From the NCBI GenBank assembly GCA_019745565.1, contig JAIESW010000002.1, positions 62,799 through 126,798 on the forward strand: 64,000 nucleotides of DNA. The letters run 5' to 3'. Within the stretch, counting starts at the first letter, position 1. Every line of letters begins with the position of its first letter. This DNA is from Burkholderiales bacterium (GTDB taxonomy: Bacteria > Pseudomonadota > Gammaproteobacteria > Burkholderiales > Ga0077523). Made by a program: the position numbers and the translations under genes. The notes below the pieces were generated by a model, which saw only the letters and a program-made list of their open reading frames with translations, did no database searches and was not told the DNA's origin. Of the stretch, positions 30,854 through 39,877 are shown in pieces.

Positions 30854-31237
30854 CGGCGCGGTGGCCGCGTCCGGGGGGGCATGCCTGCGCTCATATGAGG
30901 GTGCGCAGATGGCGCGGCAGTCCCGGTGCGTGAATGATGGGCAGCGCCGGGATCCCCATCCCGTCGCCATCACGCATCACCGTGGGGTTCGTCGTTCGTC
31001 GCGGGTCGATCCGCGCCTCGAAGCGTGCGCGACGCGAGCGGCGCGGGGGCGGAGCAGGTGCAGGTGCCGTTCACGTTCGACGCGGGCGGCCGGTTCGAGA
31101 TGCGGGACACGCTGCGGCCCAACGCGTGCTTCATGCCGGATGCGAACACGGTGGTGAACTGCGGCATCCGCTGGAGCACCGTGGCACGGGTCGCTTGCGA
31201 TTGACCGGACCGCGAGTGTCGGTGGAGCGGGGTGGAC

Positions 31238-32272
31238 TCAGCGCTTTCGCAGCGCCTCGATCCGCTCCCGGGTCGCCGGGTGCGACGCGAGATAGTCGTT
31301 GACCGAGTCCCGCTCCGCCGCTGCACCGGGGCTGCCGTGGCTCGCCTCGAGCTTCTCCAGCATCGAGGCGAGCAACGCCGACGACAGGCCGTTGCTCTCG
31401 AGCATGCGCGCGCCATAGGCGTCGGCTGCCGATTCGTGCTCGCGCGAGAACTTCGCCTGCAGCAGGGCGGCGGGGACACTCGCCGCGAGGCTGGAAACGT
31501 CGCCGATGTACCACGTGAGCAGGAAGCCGACCACGGAACTCTCGATGAGCAGCCGGAGCCCGTGGCGTTCGTGGACGTGTCCCATCTCGTGCGTCAGCAC
31601 GGCCAAAATCTCGTCGTCGTCCGTGGTGAGCTTCACCAGTTCGTCGGTGACGATGATGGTGCCGGAGGGCAGGGCCAGCGCGTTGGCACCGATATCGGGT
31701 GACGCGCGGAACAGGACGGCATGGGGTACCGGCAACCCTCCGGGCGGAGTGAGAAGCCGGAACCGGTCCGCGATGTGATTGCGTCGCTCCTCCGGCAGCT
31801 TGCTGGGCTCGAAGACCGCCTTGTCCAGGAATGCGAGCGTCTGGTCGGAGAGCGTGGCGACCATCGATGGGGGAATGCGCTCCGCGATCTTCGCCGCCGC
31901 CCAGGGCAATCCGTAGCGGTACCCGGCCAGGATGACGATCAGCAGCAGCACCGCCGATGCCATGGCCCAGGTCCAGCGCGACTGGGCACGCACCACGTGG
32001 GAGTCCGAATGGCCGAGCGCGGCGATGAACCGGTCCAGTCCTGCCTGCGCGGGCAATTCGCAATAGGCGCCATCGGCGAACGTGACGAGCCGCGGCGCGC
32101 CGCCCAGCGGCTCGGACACGCGGATGCCGGCCGCCGGTTCGAAGCGGTCGATGCCGGCGCCCTCGACGTGCACGATGTTGAAATCGTCGAGGACCAGCGT
32201 GACTTCCCGCCGTGCCGAAGTGCGGCCGTCGAAGTAGAACCCCGCGGCCTGCGGGACCGGCCGGTCGGTCAC
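31238..32272 (-). CDS. M48-family zinc metallopeptidase with an N-terminal uncharacterised domain and TM segment.
   Basis: HEMGHVHERH (HExxH) with a downstream E...AD. A GTGA overlap joins it to the upstream DUF898 gene. Confidence 0.8.
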   Translation of the reverse strand: MTDRPVPQAAGFYFDGRTSARREVTLVLDDFNIVHVEGAGIDRFEPAAGIRVSEPLGGAPRLVTFADGAYCELPAQAGLDRFIAALGHSDSHVVRAQSRWTWAMASAVLLLIVILAGYRYGLPWAAAKIAERIPPSMVATLSDQTLAFLDKAVFEPSKLPEERRNHIADRFRLLTPPGGLPVPHAVLFRASPDIGANALALPSGTIIVTDELVKLTTDDDEILAVLTHEMGHVHERHGLRLLIESSVVGFLLTWYIGDVSSLAASVPAALLQAKFSREHESAADAYGARMLESNGLSSALLASMLEKLEASHGSPGAAAERDSVNDYLASHPATRERIEALRKR

Positions 32273-33327
32273 AGGGCGAGGTCGATGTCGAGGAACTCGC
32301 CCAGCTCCTCACCCACGGCGGCGACGTTCGCCTGTTCACCTGCGACGAACTCGTCGAGCAACGTGTCGGGCAGCAGGCTCATGCACGCTACGCGGTAGCG
32401 GGCGAGGCGGACGGCGGCGAAGGGCATGTAGAGTCCGAGGGTTACCACGATCAGCAGCATGTTGGTGAACGAGATCCAGGCCAGGCGGCGTGCCCGCAGC
32501 GTGCTCCGGAAGCGATGCGGGCCGAGCGTCGTGTGATTCCAGACCAGGTTCTGGATGCGCGCGAAGAGGTACGGACCGACGAGCAGGAAAAAGCCGATGA
32601 ACGCGATCGTGAACGCGAACGGCAGGAGGATCGCGAAGGCCGAACCGCGCCCGTCCCGCATGGCGCCCAGGGTGAGGACGAACACCGTGATCCCGCCAAG
32701 CGCCCCCAGGGCTACCATGACGGCGAGCGCCCTGCCGTAGATCCCGTAGAAGTCGCCGACCCGCGCCGAGATGCGGAACGGCGTCGTGCCGAAGACGCTG
32801 TTGTCGTGCTGGTAGCGTTTCAACCGCTGGTGCCACAGGGGACCGAGCGCGAGCAGCGTGAGACCCGTGAGAATCGGCCACAGCATGAACACGGCGTACG
32901 CGCCGCGCATCGCGCCGCGGAATCCGAAACGCAGCCCGCGCCAGCTCGAGTAGTGCAGGCGGAACCGGAGCGACTGCCGCAGCATCCAGGGCAGCGCGAT
33001 GGCGATGGGGATCGCCACCGCGATGGCCCACCGGTAGTCGATCCTCCCGGCGACGTTGTAGACGAAGATGAGTCCGAACGCGATCAGACGGCCCTTGAGG
33101 ATCGCGACCGGGCGGCCGTGGTAGTCGAAGCTCGACCCGGCCACGCGCGTATTGCGATAGAAATACTGCAGCCGTCGCACCTTCGCCCAGGCCGAATAGA
33201 TCCCCAGCGTGACGATGGTGAGGGCGATGTTGACGATCCAGATGCGGAAGTAGTCGCCGCCGGTTCCGGTGAACTCGAAGGGCTCCGGCGCCGGTTCGCT
33301 CGACTGCGGCAGCTCTGCTTCCATCAT
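32269..33327 (-). CDS. YjgN/DUF898-family multi-pass membrane protein.
   Basis: FEFTGTGGDYFRIWIVNIALTIVTLGIYSAWAKVR and a repeated TLGLY motif, both typical of DUF898. Length is 352 aa. Confidence 0.7.
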   Translation of the reverse strand: MMEAELPQSSEPAPEPFEFTGTGGDYFRIWIVNIALTIVTLGIYSAWAKVRRLQYFYRNTRVAGSSFDYHGRPVAILKGRLIAFGLIFVYNVAGRIDYRWAIAVAIPIAIALPWMLRQSLRFRLHYSSWRGLRFGFRGAMRGAYAVFMLWPILTGLTLLALGPLWHQRLKRYQHDNSVFGTTPFRISARVGDFYGIYGRALAVMVALGALGGITVFVLTLGAMRDGRGSAFAILLPFAFTIAFIGFFLLVGPYLFARIQNLVWNHTTLGPHRFRSTLRARRLAWISFTNMLLIVVTLGLYMPFAAVRLARYRVACMSLLPDTLLDEFVAGEQANVAAVGEELGEFLDIDLAL

Positions 33328-33369
33328 CGCTCCTGGGCGGACAGGCCGGATGCTGCCGTCATCGACCCG

Positions 33370-34374
33370 TCATTCGGCCTTGATGTTCTTGTCCTTGATG
33401 AGCTTACTCCACTTGTCGGATTCGGCGCGGATCAGCTTGCCGAATTCCGCTGGTGAGCCGTTGCCGGGCTCGAGGTCGATCTCGGCGAAGCGCTTGCGCA
33501 CGGTCTCGTCCTGCATCGCTTCGTTGAACACGGCGTTCAGCCGGTCGATCACGGCCGGCGGTGTCCTGGCGGGTGCCAGCAGGCCGAACCACGGCGCCAC
33601 GACCACGGTCGGGTAACCCGCTTCCTGCATCGTGGGCACGTTGGGGAACATCTTCGAGCGCTTGGGGCCGGTCACCGCAAGCGGCCGCACCTTGCCGGCC
33701 TGGGCGCTCGGCAGGATCGACGGCATGTTGTCGAACATCACGTTCACTTCGTTCGCGACGATCGCCGCATCGGCCAGAGCGCTGCCCTTGTACGGAACAT
33801 GGCGGATATCGACGCCGGCGGCGGTCTTGAAGAGTTCCATGGACAGATGCAGCGAAGAGCCGAACCCGGACGAGCCGTAGGTGAGATCGCCGTTCTTCGA
33901 CTTCGCCAGCGCCACCAGCTCCTTCACGCTGTTGGCCGGCACCGTCGGGTGCACCACGAGCAGGTTGGAGATGGAACCCACGAGCATGAGCGGCGCGAAG
34001 TCGCGCTCGACGTTGAAGCCGATGTTGTCGTACAGGAACGGGTTGAGCGAGCAGGTGCCGATGGTGCCCATGATCAGCGTGTAGCCGTCGGGCGCGGCAC
34101 GGGCCGCGAGTTCCATCGCGACGTTGCCGCCGGCGCCGGGACGGTTCTCGACGATCACCTGCTGCTTGACGAGTTGCGTCGCGCGGTTGGCGAGCACGCG
34201 CGCGAGCGTGTCGGGCGTGCCGCCGGGCGGGAACGGCACGAGGATGCGGATCGGCTTGGTGGGGAAGTTCTGCGCGCCGGCCGCGAAGGACACGAACGCG
34301 CACACGACGCACAGCGACAACGCGGCGATGAGGCGCATGGAATCGGGGAAAGGGTCGGACGAAAGGTCCGGCAT
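33370..34374 (-). CDS. Tripartite tricarboxylate transporter substrate-binding protein (Bug/TctC family), paralogue of 13668-14642.
   Basis: FPTKPIRILVPFPPGGTPD, ENRPGAGG and VPYKGSALA. A signal peptide is present. Confidence 0.85.
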   Translation of the reverse strand: MPDLSSDPFPDSMRLIAALSLCVVCAFVSFAAGAQNFPTKPIRILVPFPPGGTPDTLARVLANRATQLVKQQVIVENRPGAGGNVAMELAARAAPDGYTLIMGTIGTCSLNPFLYDNIGFNVERDFAPLMLVGSISNLLVVHPTVPANSVKELVALAKSKNGDLTYGSSGFGSSLHLSMELFKTAAGVDIRHVPYKGSALADAAIVANEVNVMFDNMPSILPSAQAGKVRPLAVTGPKRSKMFPNVPTMQEAGYPTVVVAPWFGLLAPARTPPAVIDRLNAVFNEAMQDETVRKRFAEIDLEPGNGSPAEFGKLIRAESDKWSKLIKDKNIKAE

Positions 34375-34468
34375 GGTAAGACCGACCCGTTCGCCCTAAC
34401 AACCCTGCGTCGCGGCGTCGTGCGTCCGCTGGGCGACCGCCTGCCGATGCAGGCGGACTGTTCCCGGC

Positions 34469-34912
34469 CTACCGGTAGACGAGGACCGGCACCTTCGAAT
34501 GCGTGAGCACCTTGGAGGTTTCGCTGCCCAGCAGCAGGCCGGCCAGGCCGCGCCGGCCATGCGAGGCCATGAAGATGAGATCGCACTTGCGGCGCTTCGC
34601 GGCGGCCACGATCGCTTCCCAAGGGGCCGTGCTCGTCTTCGAGGCGGTGGCAGCTTCCACGCCGGCCGCCGCAGCGACCTTGGCCGCTTCGGCGAGGATC
34701 TTCTCGGCGGAGCGCTTGGCCCGCTTCTCGAACTCATTCTGGGTGAGCAGGTCGGGCGGGAAGTACTCCCCGTACAGCGCGGGCTCGAACTGCACCGGTG
34801 CGTGGAACAAGGTCACCTTGGCGCCGATGGCGCGGGCGAAGCGGACGCCTTCGCGCACCGCCTTCTTCGAGAGCGTCGAACCGTCGGTGGGGATCAGGAT
34901 GTGCTGGTACAC
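34469..34912 (-). CDS. Universal stress protein (UspA family).
   Basis: MYQHILIPTDGS...DLIFMASHGRRGLAGLLLGSETSKVLTHSKVPVLV. Confidence 0.9.
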   Translation of the reverse strand: MYQHILIPTDGSTLSKKAVREGVRFARAIGAKVTLFHAPVQFEPALYGEYFPPDLLTQNEFEKRAKRSAEKILAEAAKVAAAAGVEAATASKTSTAPWEAIVAAAKRRKCDLIFMASHGRRGLAGLLLGSETSKVLTHSKVPVLVYR

Positions 34913-35050
34913 GATGTCGTTCTCCTCTGCAGCGGCGCGAACGCCGACGATGACGGCTCACTCTACGCGGTAGCTCGTCCCAGCCATTGACCTGGATCAA
35001 GCGGCATCGGTTCGCCCGGCAGCGGCGGGCACGATGCGATAATCCCGCGC

Positions 35051-36034
35051 ATGAACCCTCTGACGCTCGCCACATTGCGCCTGATGGGCGACGGCGCATT
35101 CCACTCCGGCGAGGAGGTCGCCGCGGCCCTCGGCGTCACTCGGGCGACCATCTGGAACGCGGTCCGGGAGGCCGGCGAACTCGGCATCGAGGTGGAATCG
35201 GTGCGGGGGCGCGGCTATCGCCTCGACGATCCGCCCGTGTGGCTCGATGCCGCTGCGGTCGCGAAGCTGCTGGGGCCCCGTGCCCGGCGCTTTCACGTCG
35301 AAGTGGTCGAACACGTCGACTCGACCAACTCCGCGCTGCTGAAGCGTGCCGAGGCCGGTGGAGCGCCCGGCACCGTTCTCGCCGCGGAATTGCAGAGCGC
35401 CGGTCGTGGCCGGCGCGGGCGCTCGTGGGCGAGCGGCCTCGGCGGGGCGCTCACGTTCTCGCTGTTGTGGCGTTTCGAGCAGGGTGCCGCCGCCCTCACC
35501 GGCCTGAGCCTGGTGGTGGGGATCGCGGTGGCGCGCGCGCTGGCGTCGCTCGGTGCGGCGGACGTGCGGCTCAAATGGCCGAACGACATCCTGCATCAGG
35601 GCCGCAAGCTGGGCGGCATCCTGATCGAGGTGCGCGGCGACGCTCTCGGACCGACTGCAGCGGTGATCGGCATCGGACTCAACGTGCGCATGCCGCCGGC
35701 GCTGGAGGCGCGCATCGACCAGCCGGTGACCGATGCGGTGCAGGCCGGTGCAGGGGGCGATCGCAACCGCTTGCTGGCCGCGGTGCTGCAGGAACTCGCC
35801 GAGCTGCTCGATGCGTTTGCGCGGGACGGGTTCGCACCGCTCGAGCCCGAGTATCGCCGCTGGCATGCGCTGCAGGATGCTCCCGTGCTGGTGAATCTCG
35901 GCGACGGCAAGCCGGTGCGCGGCCATGCGCGCGGTACGGCGGACGATGGGGCATTGATCGTGGAGACGAGCGAAGGGGTGCGCCGCTTTCACGGCGGCGA
36001 GGTGAGTCTGAGAGCGGTATCGGGAGAAGGGTGA
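35051..36034 (+). CDS. birA: Bifunctional biotin--[acetyl-CoA-carboxylase] ligase / biotin operon repressor.
   Basis: N-terminal HTH, the GRGRRGRSW biotin-binding loop and KWPNDIL. Confidence 0.9.
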   Translation: MNPLTLATLRLMGDGAFHSGEEVAAALGVTRATIWNAVREAGELGIEVESVRGRGYRLDDPPVWLDAAAVAKLLGPRARRFHVEVVEHVDSTNSALLKRAEAGGAPGTVLAAELQSAGRGRRGRSWASGLGGALTFSLLWRFEQGAAALTGLSLVVGIAVARALASLGAADVRLKWPNDILHQGRKLGGILIEVRGDALGPTAAVIGIGLNVRMPPALEARIDQPVTDAVQAGAGGDRNRLLAAVLQELAELLDAFARDGFAPLEPEYRRWHALQDAPVLVNLGDGKPVRGHARGTADDGALIVETSEGVRRFHGGEVSLRAVSGEG

Positions 36035-36035
36035 G

Positions 36036-36761
36036 ATGTTGCTGGCGGTGGATGCGGGGAATACGCGGATCAAGTGGGGATTGCATGACGGACGGGACTG
36101 GGAGCGGACGGCGTCGGTGCCCACCGCCGAGGTGCAACGGCTGGCAGCGGCCTGGGCCGCGCTCGATGACCGCCCTCGGCGCGTGATCGTGTCCAACGTG
36201 GCCGGACCCGCGGTGGGCGAGTCCATCGCGCAAGCGCTCGCGATTCTGGGTGCGCCCATCGTGCCGTTCGTGCCGCTCGCGGAACAGGCCGGCGTGGTGA
36301 ATCACTACGACGTGTCGCATCAGCTCGGGACCGATCGCTGGGCTGCGCTGATCGCCGCGCGCAACCGGGTGAAGGGGGCGTGTGTCGTCGTGCACGCCGG
36401 TACGACCATCGTCGTGGACGCACTGAGCGAAGCCGGGGAGTTTCTCGGGGGACTTCTGGTGCCCGGGATCGATCTCATGGTGGAGTCGCTGGCACGCCGC
36501 ATCGAGAGCCTGCGCGTACCGCCGGGCGGCTACGATGAATTCCCGCGCAACACGCCCGATGCGTTGGCGAGCGGCGCCATGGATGCTGCTGCCGGCGCGG
36601 TGCGTTCGATGGTGCGCAGGCTCGCTGCGCGCGGCGGGTCGTCGCCCGCGATCGTCGTCGCCGGCGGTGCCGCTGCGCGCCTGTTGCCGCATCTCGAGGG
36701 CGAAGTGCTGATGGCCGAACACCTGGTGCTGGACGGTCTGGCGATCGCGGGGCGGGCATGA
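36036..36761 (+). CDS. coaX: Type III pantothenate kinase.
   Basis: MLLAVDAGNTRIKWGL, GTDRW and its position immediately after birA. Confidence 0.9.
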   Translation: MLLAVDAGNTRIKWGLHDGRDWERTASVPTAEVQRLAAAWAALDDRPRRVIVSNVAGPAVGESIAQALAILGAPIVPFVPLAEQAGVVNHYDVSHQLGTDRWAALIAARNRVKGACVVVHAGTTIVVDALSEAGEFLGGLLVPGIDLMVESLARRIESLRVPPGGYDEFPRNTPDALASGAMDAAAGAVRSMVRRLAARGGSSPAIVVAGGAAARLLPHLEGEVLMAEHLVLDGLAIAGRA

Positions 36762-37402
36762 AGGCTCTCGTCGCCGTCCTGCTGATCGCGAACGTCGCGC
36801 TGGCCGCATGGGGCCTGCTCGTGCATCGCAACCGCGCCGGTACCGAGGCCGCCCTCATGGAATCGCAGCTGAATGCCGACAAGATCCGCATCGTCCGCGG
36901 CGAGCCGGAACCGGGTCCGGCGCCTGCGCCTGCGCGCGCGGATGCGTGCGTTGAATGGGGGCCATTCTCGGCCGAGGAACTGGGACGAGCACGCACGGCG
37001 CTGGAACCGCTGGCGCTCGGCAACCGTCTCGTCACGGCGCCTGTCTCGATCACGGCGGGCTGGTGGGTCTATCTGCCGCCGCAGCGTTCGCGCGATGCGG
37101 CGGAACGCAAGATCGCGGAGTTGAAGGGTCTCGGCGTGGAGGACAGCTATCTCATTCCCGAGAAGGGCGACTGGGAGAATGCGATCTCGCTGGGCATCTT
37201 CCGCAGCGAGGAGGGCGCGCAGCGCTTCCTCGAGGCCTTGCGTTCGAAGGGCGTGCGCTCCGCGATCGTGGGATCACGCCAGCAGCTGGTGCGGCTGAAC
37301 ACGTTTTATGTGCGCAATCCGAGCGAAACGGAGGCGCAGCGGCTGGTGGAACTGCGCGCGGATCTGCCGGGGACGTCGGTGAAGGCGGCGAAGTGTCCTT
37401 GA
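36758..37402 (+). CDS. SPOR domain-containing protein.
   Basis: N-terminal TM segment and a C-terminal SPOR-like ISLGIFRSEEGAQRFLEALRSKG. It overlaps coaX by 4 nt. Confidence 0.7.
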   Translation: MKALVAVLLIANVALAAWGLLVHRNRAGTEAALMESQLNADKIRIVRGEPEPGPAPAPARADACVEWGPFSAEELGRARTALEPLALGNRLVTAPVSITAGWWVYLPPQRSRDAAERKIAELKGLGVEDSYLIPEKGDWENAISLGIFRSEEGAQRFLEALRSKGVRSAIVGSRQQLVRLNTFYVRNPSETEAQRLVELRADLPGTSVKAAKCP

Positions 37403-37448
37403 CGCGTGGCAACCGCGCGAGCGGAAGTCGGTTCGGACACTGATCGAT

Positions 37449-37538
37449 GCCCCCATCCCAACCTTCCCCCACCTGCGGTGGGGAAGGGGTGTCCATCCCC
37501 TCCCCCAGCTTGGCTGGGGGAGGTTTAGGGTGGGGGGA
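37449..37538. repeat. Nested-hairpin REP-like element (an outer stem enclosing two G/C hairpins).
   Basis: The outer stem pairs gcccccatcccaacc with ggtttagggtgggggg. The inner hairpins are ccttcccc-N9-ggggaagg and cccctccccc-N8-tgggggagg. It fills the gap between the convergent SPOR and ABC genes. Confidence 0.85.
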
Positions 37539-37539
37539 T

Positions 37540-39288
37540 CTAGGCCACCACCAGCGATCGACTCGCGGGATCGATCTCCATCACGCGCGTATGGTGCTTC
37601 TCCACTTCCGGCCGATGCGCGATGCTCACGACGGTGCTGTCGGGCAAGCGGTCCGACAACAATGTGTAGAGCTGTTCCTCAGCGGCCGGATCGAGGTTGG
37701 AAGTGGCTTCGTCGAGGAACAGCCACTTCGGCTTGTGCAACAGGGCGCGCGCGATCGCGACGCGTTGCTGCTCACCGCCCGACAGTTGCTGGTTCCACTG
37801 ACCGGTTTCGTCGAGCCGATCGCTCAGATGCTGAAGGCCCACGTCGCTCATCGCGGTGCGCAGCTCGGCATCGGTGAACTTCTCGGGTGCCGCAGGGTAA
37901 GCGACGGCATCGCGCAGCGTTCCCATGGGGAAGTACGGTCGCTGCGGCAGGAACAGCGCGTCGAACAGGCGCGGCGTCCGGATGCGGCCGCGTCCGAAGG
38001 GCCAGATGCCGGCCAGCGCACGGAACAGCGTGCTCTTGCCCGATCCCGACGGGCCGCGCAGCAGCACCCGTTCCTTGGGTCCGATCGTGGTGGAAGCATC
38101 AGCGAGCAGGGTACGACCATCCGGCAACGCGAGTTGCACATCGCTCAGCACCAGTGATTCGCTGCCGGAAGGTTCGAGGGCTGCCCCCGGGTCGGTGCGC
38201 GCGTCCGACTGCGCACCCTGGATCGCGTTGTGGAAGCCGGTGAGCCGATCCACGGTTGCCTTCCAGCTGGCGAATTCGGGGTACACGTTGATGAACCAGG
38301 ACAGCGCGTTCTGGACGTAGCCGAACGCCTGTGCCGTCTGGGTGAGATCACCGAGTTCGAGCTTGCCGGCGAAATAGCGTGGCGCCGTGACGAGGTACGG
38401 AAAGATGATCGCGGCCTGCGAGTAGCCGGTGGTGAACGTGTTGATGAGTTTCTGGCGCTTCATGATGCCCCACCAGTTCTTGGTCAATGTGGCGAAGCGC
38501 TGGGTGAATCCGCGCCGCTCGTCATCCTCACCGCGGTACAGAGCTACGCTCTCGGTGTTCTCGCGGAACCGGGCGAGGCCGAAGCGGAAGTCCGCCTCGA
38601 AGCGCTGCTGGTCGAAGCTCAAGGGAATCAGTTTGCGACCGATGCGGTGGGCTATCCACGATCCGACGATCGCGTAAGCCACGGCGACCCAGACCATGTA
38701 GCCGTAGATCTCCCAGGTCGTGCCGTTCCATTCGAACTCGAGTGTTCCCGACAATCCCCAGAGAATGCCGACGAACGAGACCAGGGTGACGACGGAGTCG
38801 ATCAGACCGAGCAGCAGCGACAACGTCTTGTCGACGAAGAGGTTGAGGTCCTCGGCGATACGCTGGTCGGGGTTGTCCGTGGCCTTGCCCGTCAGCTGCA
38901 TCCGATAGTAGGTGCGCTGTGCAAGCCACTCGTCGAGATAGTGACCGGTGAGCCAGCGGCGCCAGCGGATCTGCAGCGCCTGGCGCAGGTACACCTGGTA
39001 CACGGCCATCGCGATGTAGATGACCGCGAGGACCGTGAACTGGACGATGAGGGGGAAGAACTGCGAGCCCTCGCGCTTCTGCAGCATGGTGTAGAAGGCG
39101 TTGTTCCAGTAGCTGATGCGCACGTTCATGTAAACCATGCCCAGCGTCAGCGCGATGATCGCGAGCAGCAGCAGCCGCGCCGAGTTCTTCTCCTCGGAGA
39201 ACCAGTAGGGCCTGGCGAGCGTCCAGAGGTCGCGCAGGAAGCGTGAGATGCGTTCAGACATGGGAGTGCTTTCTTCGGGCCGGCGCAT
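37540..39288 (-). CDS. Fused ABC transporter permease/ATP-binding protein (YddA/SbmA-like membrane domain).
   Basis: Walker A GPSGSGKST, signature LSGGEQQR and Walker B WLFLDEATS. The N-terminal domain has six TM segments. Confidence 0.85.
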   Translation of the reverse strand: MRRPEESTPMSERISRFLRDLWTLARPYWFSEEKNSARLLLLAIIALTLGMVYMNVRISYWNNAFYTMLQKREGSQFFPLIVQFTVLAVIYIAMAVYQVYLRQALQIRWRRWLTGHYLDEWLAQRTYYRMQLTGKATDNPDQRIAEDLNLFVDKTLSLLLGLIDSVVTLVSFVGILWGLSGTLEFEWNGTTWEIYGYMVWVAVAYAIVGSWIAHRIGRKLIPLSFDQQRFEADFRFGLARFRENTESVALYRGEDDERRGFTQRFATLTKNWWGIMKRQKLINTFTTGYSQAAIIFPYLVTAPRYFAGKLELGDLTQTAQAFGYVQNALSWFINVYPEFASWKATVDRLTGFHNAIQGAQSDARTDPGAALEPSGSESLVLSDVQLALPDGRTLLADASTTIGPKERVLLRGPSGSGKSTLFRALAGIWPFGRGRIRTPRLFDALFLPQRPYFPMGTLRDAVAYPAAPEKFTDAELRTAMSDVGLQHLSDRLDETGQWNQQLSGGEQQRVAIARALLHKPKWLFLDEATSNLDPAAEEQLYTLLSDRLPDSTVVSIAHRPEVEKHHTRVMEIDPASRSLVVA

Positions 39289-39306
39289 CGCGCCGGGATC
39301 GGAGCG

Positions 39307-39792
39307 TCACGCGCCGCGGATGCGGGCGAGCAGGGAGGTGGTGGAGCGCTGGTGCCGGAAGGCAATCGAGTGGACGCTGCCACCCCAGGACTGTACCTCG
39401 GCGGCGCCCACGATCCGGTCGACCGGCCAGTCGCCGCCCTTCACGAGCACGTCGGGCCGGCAGGCGAGGATCAGCTCGAGCGGCGTGTCGGCTTCGAACC
39501 AGGTCACGAGGTTGACGGCTTCGAGCGCGGCCACCACCATGGCGCGGTCGACGAGCGCATTGAGCGGCCGGTCGTCACCCTTGCCGAGGCGCTTGACCGA
39601 AGCATCGGAGTTGAGCCCCACGATCATGCTCGCCCCCAGTGCGCGCGCTTCGGCGAGATAAGTGACGTGGCCGCGATGCAGGAGGTCGAACACGCCGTTC
39701 GTGAAGACCAGCGGGCGGGGGAGCTGCGCGGCCCTGGCGGCGGCTTCGGCCGGCGTGCAGAACTTGGCTTCGAACGCCGGGGCTGGCGGCAT
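39307..39792 (-). CDS. rfaE2: D-glycero-beta-D-manno-heptose 1-phosphate adenylyltransferase (stand-alone RfaE domain II).
   Basis: Cytidylyltransferase motif FTNGVFDLLHRGHVTYL. Length is 161 aa. Confidence 0.85.
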   Translation of the reverse strand: MPPAPAFEAKFCTPAEAAARAAQLPRPLVFTNGVFDLLHRGHVTYLAEARALGASMIVGLNSDASVKRLGKGDDRPLNALVDRAMVVAALEAVNLVTWFEADTPLELILACRPDVLVKGGDWPVDRIVGAAEVQSWGGSVHSIAFRHQRSTTSLLARIRGA

Positions 39793-39877
39793 GGGGTCTC
39801 AGCGCCCGCCCGGCCGCCCGAAGGGTGCTGAGTCCCCTGGGGGCAGCGAACGCAGTGAGCGAGGGGGGACGTTCATT

